Origin: Anaerolineae bacterium
Lineage (GTDB): Bacteria > Chloroflexota > Anaerolineae > B4-G1 > DUEL01
Direction: 5' to 3'
Length of the DNA: 36,480 bases
Assembly: GCA_016926575.1 (NCBI GenBank)
Contig: JAFGOJ010000073.1
Span: forward strand, 1 to 36,480
Numbering within the stretch: position 1 is the first letter of the stretch; each line of letters begins with the position of its first letter. Made by a program: the position numbers and the translations under genes. The notes below the pieces were generated by a model that was not told where the DNA came from, made no database searches, and saw only the letters and a list, made by a program, of their open reading frames with translations. Below, in pieces: positions 14,634 to 23,372 of this stretch.

Positions 14634-14682
14634 GAAATCGCAAGACGGTTTGCAAGTCAATGCGCGATGAAGGAGTTGGACG

Positions 14683-15444
14683 ATGGCCGTGAGTGGTATA
14701 GTAGGCACGATTAACCCATTCAAGATGTTCACGCTGCCGGAATCGGCGAGCGCGCTGCTCAAGAGCCAGCAGAAGGCCAAGATCGTCACCGTCAAAAAAG
14801 ACGGCGGCGCCATCAGCCCAACCGACGCGCGCTACGTCGAACTTGAGTTCCAATTCAACCCCGCCGAACTGAAAATCTCCAAGTCGGTGAAATGGGAAGC
14901 AGGCAAGATTCCTCCGGCGCGCAACGCCCCCGACCTCAAGTTCGGCGGCGGAGAATCGGCCAAATTCGACCTCAAGTTCCTGTTCGATACCTCGCAGGTG
15001 GGGCTGATCGGCACGCGGGACGTGCGCACGTACACGCAGGAGCTGCTGCGCCTGGTCATGGTCCACGGGCCGATCGACGACCGGGAAGAACCACCCTGCG
15101 TCAAGTTCCAGTGGGGCACATTCGTGCTGTTCCTGGCCGTCGTGGAGAAGGTCGACGTCACCTACACCCTGTTCGACCCCGACGGCACGCCCATCCGCGC
15201 CGAAGCCACGGTCAGTCTGGTGCAGCAGGACAAAACCGATGATTTCCCAGGCTCGATGAACCCCACCACGCGCACCGAGGCGCGCAAGACCCGCATGGTG
15301 CGTCAGGGAGAGCGCCTGGACGTGATCGCCTACCAGGAATACGGGTCGGCGGCCTACTGGCGGCATCTGGCCGAAGCCAACGGCCTGTCCGACCCGCGCG
15401 CCCTGCAGCCGGGGCAAATTTTGAGCATCCCACCGCTGCCGTAG
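14683..15444 (+). CDS. CIS tube-initiator/baseplate protein with C-terminal LysM domain (Afp7/Cis7-like)
   Basis: The N-terminal part LEFQFNPAELKISKSVKWEA...FDLKFLFDTS...VKFQWGTFVLFLAVVEKVDVTYTLFDPDGTPIRAEATVSL is typical of the CIS tube protein N-terminal domain. The C-terminal part RMVRQGERLDVIAYQEYGSAAYWRHLAEANGLSDPRALQPGQILSIP is LysM-like. RBS GAAGGAG lies upstream. Confidence 0.9.
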   Translation: MAVSGIVGTINPFKMFTLPESASALLKSQQKAKIVTVKKDGGAISPTDARYVELEFQFNPAELKISKSVKWEAGKIPPARNAPDLKFGGGESAKFDLKFLFDTSQVGLIGTRDVRTYTQELLRLVMVHGPIDDREEPPCVKFQWGTFVLFLAVVEKVDVTYTLFDPDGTPIRAEATVSLVQQDKTDDFPGSMNPTTRTEARKTRMVRQGERLDVIAYQEYGSAAYWRHLAEANGLSDPRALQPGQILSIPPLP

Positions 15445-15459
15445 CCAGGAAAGGACGCT

Positions 15460-17367
15460 ATGCCAGATAACGTCGTCATCACGATCAATGGCGCAAAGCA
15501 GGCCGACGCAGAGGCCGATCTGGTCGAGGTCGTCGTCGACACGAACCTCTACCTGCCGGCGATGTTCAGCATCACCGTCCAGGATCACCTGGACCCCGCA
15601 ACCGGCAAGCTGCAATACACCGACTCGGACACGTTCAAAGCGGGCAGCGAGGTCAAGATCGAGGTCGAAACGGACAGCATCCCAGAAGAAGCGATGGCGA
15701 TCAAGGCCACCCTCATAATTGGAGAGATCACAGCGGTCGAGCCAGTGTTCCGTGGAGATGGTATGCCGTACTTGACCGTCCAGGGGTACGACCGCTCGCA
15801 CCACTTGACGCGCGGGAAGAAAACGCGCACCTATGGCGACGCCAACCCGCAAGGCCAGGGCATCAAAGAGGACCAGATCATCAACACCATCGTCCAAGAG
15901 ACCGCGGCCATTACCGGGAAATCGATCGACACATCGGGATTCAGCGCAGTCAAGTATCCCTACGTGATCCAGTACAACCAGACCGACCTGGAGTTCCTGT
16001 GGACGCGCGCGCGCCGGCTGGGGTACCAGGTCTACGTGGAAGACAAGATGCTCTATTTCCAGAAGGCCGACGCGCACCGTGGGGCAGCGAGCGACAAGCC
16101 GGCCGCGCTGCGCTGGCCGCTCACGCTGGAGAGCTTCACCCCGCGCCTGACGGTCATGCGCCAGGTCGACAAGGCCGTCGTCAAGGGGTGGGACCCGGCG
16201 ACGAAGCAGCCCATCGAGGGCACGTCTTCCACGGACAGCAGCAAGACCATCCCCGCGATTGGCCTGGGGAAGAAGGGCAGCGCGCTGGCGAAGGAAGCGC
16301 TGGGCGGCACCGCCGACGAGACGACGGTCGACCGTCCGGTACTGACCGTCGACGAGGCGAAGGCGATGGCCGCCGCGCGCTTCGCAGAAGCGGAGGGGCA
16401 GTTCATCCGCGCCGACGGTGCGTGCCGCCAGGGCGACCCGCGCTTGATCGCCGGGCGGCAGGTGACGATCGAGGGCGTGGGCGAGCGGTTCGGCGGCGAC
16501 TACTACGTCACCGAAGCGCGCCACACGTGGAGCGCGGGCAAATACCACGTCACGTTCAGCGTCACCGGGCGCACACCCAACACCGTCAGCTATCTGCTCG
16601 GCGGCAACGAGGGGCACGACAAGGACCGCATCTTCGGCGTGGTGACCGCCAAGGTGGTCAACCTGGAGGACCCGGAGAACCTGGGGCGCGTGCAGGTGAT
16701 GTTCCCCTGGCTGCCCAAGTACAAGGACGCCGACCTGGCCAGCAATTGGGCGCGCATCGCCGCGCCGATGGCCGGGATCGAGCGCGGGTTCCTCTTCCTG
16801 CCGGAGGTCGACGACGAGGTACTGGTGGCGTTCGAACACGGTGACCTCAACCATCCCTACGTCGTCGGCACGCTGTGGAACGCCAAAGACAAGCCACCCG
16901 CCGGCACCAAGGACTCGGTCCTCGCCGGCGACAAGAAGAAAGTCGACCAGCGCGTCATCCGCTCGCGCAGCGGCCACCTGATCGTCCTCGACGATACCGA
17001 GGGCGAAGAGCAGATCGTCGTCCAGGACAAAACGACGAAGAACAGCATCGTCATCAGCTCTAAGGAGAACACGCTGACGGTCACGCTGGAGGGCGACCTG
17101 GTCATCACTACCAAGGGCGCGGCGAGCATCACCGCCGACAAGGCGATCACCATCGAGACAAAAGACGCGATCACGCTCAAGAGTACCAAAGACGTGAGCA
17201 TCGACTGCCAGAACTTCAACGTCAAGGCCAAGTCCAACGCCAAGGTGGAGGCGACGGCCAACGTCGAGTTGAAGGGCACGGCCGGCGCCAAACTGGAGGG
17301 CGCGCAGGTGGGCATCCAGGGCCAGGCGATGGTCGAGATCAAGGGCGGCCTGATCAAGCTCAACTGA
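15460..17367 (+). CDS. VgrG-like spike / baseplate hub protein (gpD + gp5 OB-fold + beta-helix; Afp8/Cis8-like)
   Basis: The gpD-like N-terminus is followed by GVVTAKVVNLEDPENLGRVQVMFPWL...ASNWARIAAPMAG...GFLFLPEVDDEVLVAFEHGDLNHPYVVGTLWN (gp5/VgrG OB-fold). A repetitive beta-helical C-terminus follows (TLTVTLEGDLVITTKGAASITADKAITIETKDAITLKS...). Confidence 0.9.
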   Translation: MPDNVVITINGAKQADAEADLVEVVVDTNLYLPAMFSITVQDHLDPATGKLQYTDSDTFKAGSEVKIEVETDSIPEEAMAIKATLIIGEITAVEPVFRGDGMPYLTVQGYDRSHHLTRGKKTRTYGDANPQGQGIKEDQIINTIVQETAAITGKSIDTSGFSAVKYPYVIQYNQTDLEFLWTRARRLGYQVYVEDKMLYFQKADAHRGAASDKPAALRWPLTLESFTPRLTVMRQVDKAVVKGWDPATKQPIEGTSSTDSSKTIPAIGLGKKGSALAKEALGGTADETTVDRPVLTVDEAKAMAAARFAEAEGQFIRADGACRQGDPRLIAGRQVTIEGVGERFGGDYYVTEARHTWSAGKYHVTFSVTGRTPNTVSYLLGGNEGHDKDRIFGVVTAKVVNLEDPENLGRVQVMFPWLPKYKDADLASNWARIAAPMAGIERGFLFLPEVDDEVLVAFEHGDLNHPYVVGTLWNAKDKPPAGTKDSVLAGDKKKVDQRVIRSRSGHLIVLDDTEGEEQIVVQDKTTKNSIVISSKENTLTVTLEGDLVITTKGAASITADKAITIETKDAITLKSTKDVSIDCQNFNVKAKSNAKVEATANVELKGTAGAKLEGAQVGIQGQAMVEIKGGLIKLN

Positions 17368-17382
17368 TCGAGGAGGATACGG

Positions 17383-17673
17383 ATGGGACAACCCGCAGCG
17401 CGAATGGGCGACATGACCGCCCACGGCGGCACGATCGTGGCGGGCTTTCCGACGGTGCTGATCGGCGGAATGCCTGCAGCGCGCATGACCGATATGCACG
17501 CCTGCCCCATGGTCACCGGCGTGGTGCCGCATGTCGGCGGCCCAATCATCCAGGGCAGCGCCACGGTGCTGATCGGGAACCTGCCCGCGGCCCGCGTGGG
17601 CGACCAGGCTACTTGCACCGGCCCACCCGATACGATCATCCCGCCGGGATGCCCAACCGTCTTGATTGGCTGA
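17383..17673 (+). CDS. PAAR-domain spike-tip protein (no toxin extension)
   Basis: 96 aa with three PAAR-like motifs: QPAARMGD, MPAARMTD and LPAARVGD. RBS GAGGAGGA lies upstream. Confidence 0.9.
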   Translation: MGQPAARMGDMTAHGGTIVAGFPTVLIGGMPAARMTDMHACPMVTGVVPHVGGPIIQGSATVLIGNLPAARVGDQATCTGPPDTIIPPGCPTVLIG

Positions 17674-17679
17674 TAGGAA

Positions 17680-18102
17680 ATGACAAACGATAAAATAACT
17701 CGGGAAAAGGAATTTTTGGGGCGCGGGATCGCGTTTCCGCTGCGCGTCAACGCGCGGGGTGAAATTGCCCTGGTGGGCGGCGCAGAGGACATCGAGCAAT
17801 CGGTACGCATCATTCTGAGCACGCGGCCCGGTGAGCGCGTCATGCGCCCGGAGTTCGGCTGCCGCGTCCACGAACTGCTCTTCGAACCGCGTGACGCCGC
17901 CACCCAGGCCCTGGTCCAGCAGTACGTGGGCGACGCGCTGCGCCGCTGGGAACCGCGCATCGACGTGCAAAGCATCGACGTCTTCACCGACGATACGCTG
18001 GACGGCGCCATCCTCGTCGAGATCAGCTACTTGATCAAACCCACCCACGACCAGCGCAGTATCGTCTTCCCGTTCTTCCTGGTGGGAGAAGAAGAATGGT
18101 AG
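17680..18102 (+). CDS. GPW/gp25-family baseplate wedge protein (Afp9/Cis9-like)
   Basis: GRGIAFPLRVNARGEIALVGGAEDIEQSVRIILSTRPGERVMRPEFGCRVHELLFEP is the canonical gp25 core. Confidence 0.9.
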   Translation: MTNDKITREKEFLGRGIAFPLRVNARGEIALVGGAEDIEQSVRIILSTRPGERVMRPEFGCRVHELLFEPRDAATQALVQQYVGDALRRWEPRIDVQSIDVFTDDTLDGAILVEISYLIKPTHDQRSIVFPFFLVGEEEW

Positions 18103-18108
18103 CAGGTA

Positions 18109-18135
18109 ACGGCTCAGGCAACTCGCCTGAGCCGT
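18109..18135 (+). promoter_or_regulatory. Perfect 11-bp stem-loop directly after the gp25 stop codon
   Basis: acggctcaggc (18109-18119), loop aactc, gcctgagccgt (18125-18135). It is not followed by a U-tract. Confidence 0.6.
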
Positions 18136-18150
18136 ACCCGGCCCGAAAAA

Positions 18151-18206
18151 GGGAGGAATTGGGGTTTCGAGAGCGGCGAAGCCGCTCTCGAAACCCCAGC
18201 CCTCCC
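18151..18206 (+). promoter_or_regulatory. Long stem-loop (17-bp perfect core with GAA loop, extended by a 6-bp outer stem) in the gp25 to baseplate J spacer
   Basis: ggggtttcgagagcggc (18161-18177), loop gaa, gccgctctcgaaacccc (18181-18197). The outer gggagg (18151-18156) pairs with cctccc (18201-18206). There is no downstream U-tract, so a classical intrinsic terminator is uncertain. Confidence 0.6.
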
Positions 18207-18288
18207 TCCCCTCGCGGGGGTAGAAAGGCAACTGCGAAGCGAAGCTGAGCAGTTACGAGGCACGTAGATTAGTAATCAGGAGCAGAAT

Positions 18289-20403
18289 ATGCCACTGCCA
18301 GCGCCTAATCTGGATGATCTGCGGTTTCAACGGGACCTGGTCGATAGCGCCCGCAAGCGTATCGTTCACTATTGCCCGGAGTGGACCGAGTACAATCTGA
18401 GCGACCCGGGCATTACGTTGATCGAACTCTTCGCCTGGATGACGGAGTTGATCGTCTACCGGCTGAACCAGGTGCCGGAAAAGAACTACGTCGAGTTCCT
18501 CAACCTGCTCGGCATGCAACGTCAGCCAGCCAGCAGCGCACGCACCGACCTGACCTTCTGGCTCTCCGTCTCCCTGCCCATCAGCGCAGAGAACGAGACC
18601 CCGGTCGTCGTCCCTGCCGGCACGGAGGTGGTCTCCCGCCAGGTGGGGGACGAGGAGGCGGTCATATTCACCACCGACCGCCAGCTGACGATTTTGCCGC
18701 CTAAGCTGACCCAACTGCGACGTGAGGCGGATTTCCACAAGAACTACCTGCCGCGTCTGGGCGTCGAGACGTTCTACGCCTTCGACGAAATCAGGCCCAA
18801 ACCGGGCGACACGTTCTACCTGGGCTTCGAAGAAGAGCGGAACATCAGCGGGCACATTCTCGAACTCGCCTTCGAGTGCGAGCGTACCCGCGCCGTCGGC
18901 GTGCGCCGCGAAGACCCGCCCTGGGTCTGGGAGTGCTCGATGGGCGATGGCGCCTGGGAGGAGATCGCCCCCAGCTCACGCCAGGGCGAGAAGGACACCA
19001 CCGGCGGCCTCAACAACCCCAAGGGCAAGCTGACGCTCTACCTGCCGATGGGCATGCGCCCCCAACCGGTCTATGGGCGCAACGCCTTCTGGGTGCGCTG
19101 CCGGCTCGAACAACGCCGCCCCGAGCAAGGCATGTACACCGAATCCCCACGCGTGGCGAGCGTCGTCGCCCACACGCTCGGCGCGACGGTCCCTGCAACC
19201 CACGCGGTGATCCTGGAACGGGAGGAGCTGGGCCGCAGCACCGGCGATCCCGGCCAGTCCTTCCGCCTGGAATACGCGCCGATCCTGGCACTGGCAGACG
19301 GGGAAACGGTCGAGGTCGAAGAAATGCGCGCGGGCGAGCTCGTCTTCGTCCCCTGGAGCGCAGTGGACAACTTCGCGCACTCGACCCGCTACGACCGCCA
19401 CTTCGTCGTCGATACGGACGGCGGCGCGGTGCACTTCGGTCCGTCCGTGCGCCAGCCAGATGGCACGGTGCGCCAGTACGGTCGCGTGATCGAGAACGGC
19501 CGCCGCATCCGCTTCACGCGCTACCGACGCGGCGGCGGCGTGCCGGGCAACGTGCCCACCGACGCGCTCCAGGTGCTCACAACCTCGCTGGCCTACGTCT
19601 CCCGTGTCACCAACCTACGCCGGGCCACGGGCGGGCGGGACCCCGAAAGCCTGGACGAGGTCAAGGCCCGCGCCCGCCGTGAGTTGCGCGCGCAACTGCG
19701 CGCGGTCACCGCCGAGGATTACGAGCACCTGGCCATGAGCGCCAGCCGCTCCGTGGCACGCGTCAAGTGCAATGCGCCCACCGGCAGCCGCGACAGCACA
19801 TTGCCACCGGGGTCGGTGCAGATTCTGATCGTGCCCGCCGCCGCCGACGCGCTGCGCGCCGGCGACCTGTCGCGCTTGCAGGTGGACGAAGCGCTGGCGC
19901 GCACGGTCGAGGAGCACCTCGACCAGTACCGCCTGCTGACGACCACCCTGCGCATCGGTGAACCGACCTACATCGGCGTCCAGGTGCGCGCCGAGATCAT
20001 CCCCTCCGAGTACAGCCTCCCGGAAGCGGTCAAAGCCCGCGTCGCCGAACGACTGAAGGCGTTCATCGCGCCCCTACCCTTGCCGGAAGAGCCGGAACGG
20101 ACGGACGAGTTAGCAGGCGAGAACTGGGAGGGCTGGCCTTTCGGACGCAACCTGTACGTCGCCGAGCTGTTCTCGCTGATCCAGCGCGTGCCCGGCGTCA
20201 AGCACGTGCTCGACGTGCAAGTCAGTACGCGCACGGTGATCCCCTCACGCGAGGTGCCGCCGGACGTGGAGCAAACGGACGCGGAGATGCCACCGCTGAA
20301 GCGGTTGGAGCAAACGGTCATTCGCGTGCCCGCCGACGCACTGCTCTGCTCGCTCGACCACCAGATCGAACTGCACGCGCTGGAAGAGGACGAGGGGGAA
20401 TGA
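18289..20403 (+). CDS. Baseplate J-like protein (T4 gp6 / P2 gpJ; Afp11/Cis11-like)
   Basis: The N-terminus MPLPAPNLDDLRFQRDLVDSARKRIVHYCPEWTEYNLSDPGITLIELFAWMTELIVYRLNQVPEKNYVEFLNLLG is the typical start of a putative baseplate assembly protein. AVTAEDYEHLA and the size of 704 aa are also consistent. Confidence 0.9.
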   Translation: MPLPAPNLDDLRFQRDLVDSARKRIVHYCPEWTEYNLSDPGITLIELFAWMTELIVYRLNQVPEKNYVEFLNLLGMQRQPASSARTDLTFWLSVSLPISAENETPVVVPAGTEVVSRQVGDEEAVIFTTDRQLTILPPKLTQLRREADFHKNYLPRLGVETFYAFDEIRPKPGDTFYLGFEEERNISGHILELAFECERTRAVGVRREDPPWVWECSMGDGAWEEIAPSSRQGEKDTTGGLNNPKGKLTLYLPMGMRPQPVYGRNAFWVRCRLEQRRPEQGMYTESPRVASVVAHTLGATVPATHAVILEREELGRSTGDPGQSFRLEYAPILALADGETVEVEEMRAGELVFVPWSAVDNFAHSTRYDRHFVVDTDGGAVHFGPSVRQPDGTVRQYGRVIENGRRIRFTRYRRGGGVPGNVPTDALQVLTTSLAYVSRVTNLRRATGGRDPESLDEVKARARRELRAQLRAVTAEDYEHLAMSASRSVARVKCNAPTGSRDSTLPPGSVQILIVPAAADALRAGDLSRLQVDEALARTVEEHLDQYRLLTTTLRIGEPTYIGVQVRAEIIPSEYSLPEAVKARVAERLKAFIAPLPLPEEPERTDELAGENWEGWPFGRNLYVAELFSLIQRVPGVKHVLDVQVSTRTVIPSREVPPDVEQTDAEMPPLKRLEQTVIRVPADALLCSLDHQIELHALEEDEGE

Positions 20404-20407
20404 GCCA

Positions 20408-21379
20408 ATGACCGCTCCCGCCGTCGTAGGTCACGTTGCCAATGTTGGCCGCCGCTACCCCGGCGAAACGGTCGCGTTCCACACCCGCATCCGGGTGAGC
20501 GAGCCGCTCTCTGCCCCCACGTTGCGGGTCTCGCTGCCCCGCGAATGCGTGCTAGAGACGTACCGGGCCGTGGCGGGATTCGCCGGGGCTACCCCCAGCG
20601 TCGAAGTGGACCAGGAGCAGAACCACTATATGACGTGGACGTTCGACGGGGACGTAGCGGCCGGAAGCGAGCACGAGTGCGTGACCGTCTGCCGCATCGC
20701 GCCCGCCGGGCGGGACGTGAGGCTAGAGAGCCGGGCCGTCCTCACCGGTGCAGACGCTGCGCCGGTGGCCGAGGAAACGCTGGCATTGAACGTGGAAGCA
20801 CAGGGGCGCTACCTGCGCTACCTGCCCGAAGTGTACGAGCAAGATGAGTTGATGGGACGCTTCTTGATGCTCTTCGAGAGCTTCTGGGGCCCCATCGAGA
20901 CACAAATCGACCACGCGCATTGTTACTTCGATCCGCAGATGGCGCCGGCCTCCTTCCTACCATGGTTGGCTTCGTGGATGAATGCGACCCTCGACGACCG
21001 GCTGCCGGAGGAGCGTCAGCGGCTGCTGCTCCAGGCAGCGGTCCCGCTGTACCGCCGGCGCGGGACGAAAGAGGGACTAGAGCAGTATCTGGATCTGTAC
21101 ACCGGCGGCACAGCACACATCGTCGAGCACCGCGCACAGGATTTTGTCCTGGGGCCGGCGGCCCACCTGGGACCGGGCATCGCGTTGGGGCGGACGAACG
21201 TGCCGCACACGTTCACCGTCGTCCTCACCCTGCCGCCGGTCGGCGCGCCGAGCGGGAGCGACGAGCAAGCGGTCGCGGCGCTCGAGGAGCAGCGCCGCCG
21301 CGTCATCCAATCGATCATCGAGACCGAGAAGCCGGCTCACACGGGGTACACCCTCCACTTAGAGGTAAAAGAGATATGA
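20408..21379 (+). CDS. Phage tail protein, P2 gpI-like baseplate wedge component (Afp12/Cis12 N-terminal-like)
   Basis: RYLRYLPEVYEQDELMGRFLMLFESFWGPIETQIDHAHCYFDPQMAPASFLPWLASWMNATLDDRLPEERQRLLLQAAVPLYRRRGTKEGLEQYLDLYTG matches the conserved phage tail protein domain found next to baseplate J in CIS loci. Confidence 0.85.
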   Translation: MTAPAVVGHVANVGRRYPGETVAFHTRIRVSEPLSAPTLRVSLPRECVLETYRAVAGFAGATPSVEVDQEQNHYMTWTFDGDVAAGSEHECVTVCRIAPAGRDVRLESRAVLTGADAAPVAEETLALNVEAQGRYLRYLPEVYEQDELMGRFLMLFESFWGPIETQIDHAHCYFDPQMAPASFLPWLASWMNATLDDRLPEERQRLLLQAAVPLYRRRGTKEGLEQYLDLYTGGTAHIVEHRAQDFVLGPAAHLGPGIALGRTNVPHTFTVVLTLPPVGAPSGSDEQAVAALEEQRRRVIQSIIETEKPAHTGYTLHLEVKEI

Positions 21380-22548
21380 CCAAAAAAGACTGGCTGCAAG
21401 CATTTCCAACCAGGCGCATCAAGCCTTTGGACGGGCTGGCCGTGACGGCCGAGGTTTGGGAGGAAGAGCAAACGTACCACCGCCAGCGGCAGCGGTTCCA
21501 CGCGATGCTCGAACACGGGCCGGGGATCGTCACCGGGCTGGAGGTGATCGCCAGCGACCCGCCTGATACGGCGGTCTACGTCCTGCCGGGCATCGCCGTC
21601 GATCCGCAGGGCCAGAGCATCGTCCTGGTCGAGCCGGTGACCTACGACGTCGGGCAGAGCGCCGAGGGGTTGCTGTACGTGCTGTTGAGTTATGGGGAGA
21701 GCCGCCCGCGGGCCGCCGAAGACGCCCCGCCGGACGCCCCCCGCTACGTTCACGCCGAGTACAGCATCGAAGCGCGCGAAACGTGGCCCGACACCCCGTG
21801 CGTGGAGCTGGCCCGCGTCCGGCGGCAGGGCCACGGGGCGGCCATTTTCAACGCCCAGGATACCGCCTTCCCCGGCCCCAACGAGATCGACCTGCGCTTC
21901 CGGCGCGAGATCGGCGCGCGGCCGCAGGAGGCGGCGGCAATGGCCGTCAGTTACTTGGGCGGCGGGCGCACCGACGTGCGGCACGGGCAGGGCGCCAGCC
22001 ACGTGGCCCGCGCCTTCAACCGCAGCGAGCCGCACACTCGCCTGCACGTCGACCACAACGTGCCCCTCGGGCCGGGCCTGACGGCCTACACGCTGCTCTA
22101 CCTGGTCGGCCAAGGCTCTTTCCAGCTCAGCCGAGAGGAAATGCAGGCACTGTACGCCTTCATGCAGGGCGGTGGAACGGTGCTGATCGAGAGCTGCCGC
22201 CACGACACGGCCGAGGGCGAGCCGCCTGCCGACACCTACTTCTACAATCTGATGGGCGACCTGGGCCTGCAACTGACGGAACTGCGCTCGGACCAGCGCC
22301 TGCTGCGCGAGCCGAACCTCTTCGCCGCTCCCCCGGCCGGATTCGAGACGCAGGGCGCGCCGAAGGTGATCGTGAGCGAGGAGGCCATCTTCAGCACGTA
22401 CGACTATGGCTGTCTGTGGCAGGGGGAGCGCCGCGGACGGTCGGCATCGCGGGAGGAGATTCGCGCCGCGCTGGAATGGGGCGCGAACATCGTCGCCTAC
22501 GCCGTCGCCCGCCGCCGGCGCGTCAGAAGAGACGCACAAGAACGATGA
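21376..22548 (+). CDS. Hypothetical baseplate-linked protein with a C-terminal DUF4159-like domain
   Basis: ATG 21376 overlaps the previous stop (ATGA). The track ORF from 20920 adds an Arg/Pro-rich out-of-context N-terminus. The C-terminal half (TAYTLLYLVGQGSFQLSREEMQALYAFMQGGGTVLIESC...IFSTYDYGCLWQGE...WGANIVAYA) resembles DUF4159 motifs from memory. The N-terminal half is not recognised. Confidence 0.55.
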   Translation: MTKKDWLQAFPTRRIKPLDGLAVTAEVWEEEQTYHRQRQRFHAMLEHGPGIVTGLEVIASDPPDTAVYVLPGIAVDPQGQSIVLVEPVTYDVGQSAEGLLYVLLSYGESRPRAAEDAPPDAPRYVHAEYSIEARETWPDTPCVELARVRRQGHGAAIFNAQDTAFPGPNEIDLRFRREIGARPQEAAAMAVSYLGGGRTDVRHGQGASHVARAFNRSEPHTRLHVDHNVPLGPGLTAYTLLYLVGQGSFQLSREEMQALYAFMQGGGTVLIESCRHDTAEGEPPADTYFYNLMGDLGLQLTELRSDQRLLREPNLFAAPPAGFETQGAPKVIVSEEAIFSTYDYGCLWQGERRGRSASREEIRAALEWGANIVAYAVARRRRVRRDAQER

Positions 22549-23372
22549 GCGCATATTTGGAATTGGAAATTGTCGATAAAGAGGGATGGCGCAAACGGTA
22601 CGCGCTAGAAAAAGCCATCACCCACGTCGGCAGCGCGCCCGGCAACGACATCGTGCTGGAAGAATGGCGGGGAGCCGGCGTCGCGCCGCGCCACGTGCAG
22701 ATCATCACCCTCCCATCGGACAACCGGCGCTGTCGGCTGGTGAACCTGGGCGGGCTGCCGGTCCTGGTGACGGGTCTTGAGCGGCGCGCCATCGCCCCGC
22801 GCGCCTCGGGCGAAGTGGCCGTGGGGGAAAGCATTCAGATCGGCGAGTTCTCCTTCATCCTGAGCGGTTCTGACGGCAGGGCAAGCGCCGCTCCGGTCGA
22901 AAGCGCAGCGGTCGCCCACGCGCCTGCGGTGGTCGCGGGGCAACCCGTGCCGCCGCCCTCTCCGGTCGAACGCCTGGCACAAGCCCCAATGATGGGCAGA
23001 AGTTCCGGCGTGATCGGGCTGGAACTGTCGCTGGCACGAAGTGACCTGGAGCCGGGCCGGCCGATCGAGGGCGTGGTCAAACTGACCAACAAGGGCGAGA
23101 AGACCGGCGTGCAGTTCAAAATCGAGCTGGAGGGGTTAGGCGCCGAGTTCTACGAAATCGGTCCGGCGCCGATTCTGTTCCCTAACGCCGAACGGGACGT
23201 GACGCTCACGCTCAGGCACTCGTGCAGCCCGCACCCACCCGCCGGGGAGCGCCAGATTCTGGTGCGTGTCACCGCCCCCGAGGCCTATCCGGGAGAGGTT
23301 GCCACGGTCTCTCAGACCATCCGCATCGTGCCCTATTACGAGCACGCGGTGCGCGTGGAACACGTGGAGTGA
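22545..23372 (+). CDS. FHA-domain protein with a C-terminal beta-sandwich (CARDB/DUF11-like) domain
   Basis: ATG 22545 overlaps the previous stop (ATGA). The N-terminus is FHA-like: YLELEIVDKEGWRKRYALEKAITHVGSAPGNDIVLEEWRGAGVAPRHVQIITL...GESIQIGEFSFIL. The C-terminal GRPIEGVVKLTNKGEKTGVQFKIELEG...ERDVTLTLRH is typical of Ig-like sandwich repeats. Confidence 0.8.
   Translation: MSAYLELEIVDKEGWRKRYALEKAITHVGSAPGNDIVLEEWRGAGVAPRHVQIITLPSDNRRCRLVNLGGLPVLVTGLERRAIAPRASGEVAVGESIQIGEFSFILSGSDGRASAAPVESAAVAHAPAVVAGQPVPPPSPVERLAQAPMMGRSSGVIGLELSLARSDLEPGRPIEGVVKLTNKGEKTGVQFKIELEGLGAEFYEIGPAPILFPNAERDVTLTLRHSCSPHPPAGERQILVRVTAPEAYPGEVATVSQTIRIVPYYEHAVRVEHVE

Noticed and set aside
12281-14692. 803-aa plus-strand ORF in an alternative frame overlapping the 806-aa Pro/Ala-rich gene
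   Set aside because: Its product is extremely Arg/Ala/Gly-rich (RRRR runs) and runs into the next gene. The 12213 frame has the expected codon bias and ends in a motif shared with the neighbouring 61-aa protein.
14584-18231. 1215-aa minus-strand ORF spanning the LysM, VgrG, PAAR and gp25 region
   Set aside because: It is antisense to four plus-strand genes with unmistakable family signatures. Its translation is Arg/Gly/Ala/Asp/Val-rich with no recognisable motifs. This is a typical shadow ORF of high-GC DNA, where stop codons are rare in the antisense frame.
20920-21375. N-terminal extensions offered by the ORF track (20920..21375, 21783..22544, 23222..23371, 9935..9997, 11453..11506)
   Set aside because: Each extension overlaps the preceding well-supported gene in another frame and translates to Arg/Pro/Gly-rich sequence. 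An internal ATG with an RBS or an ATGA/TGATG coupling to the upstream stop gives a sensible N-terminus.
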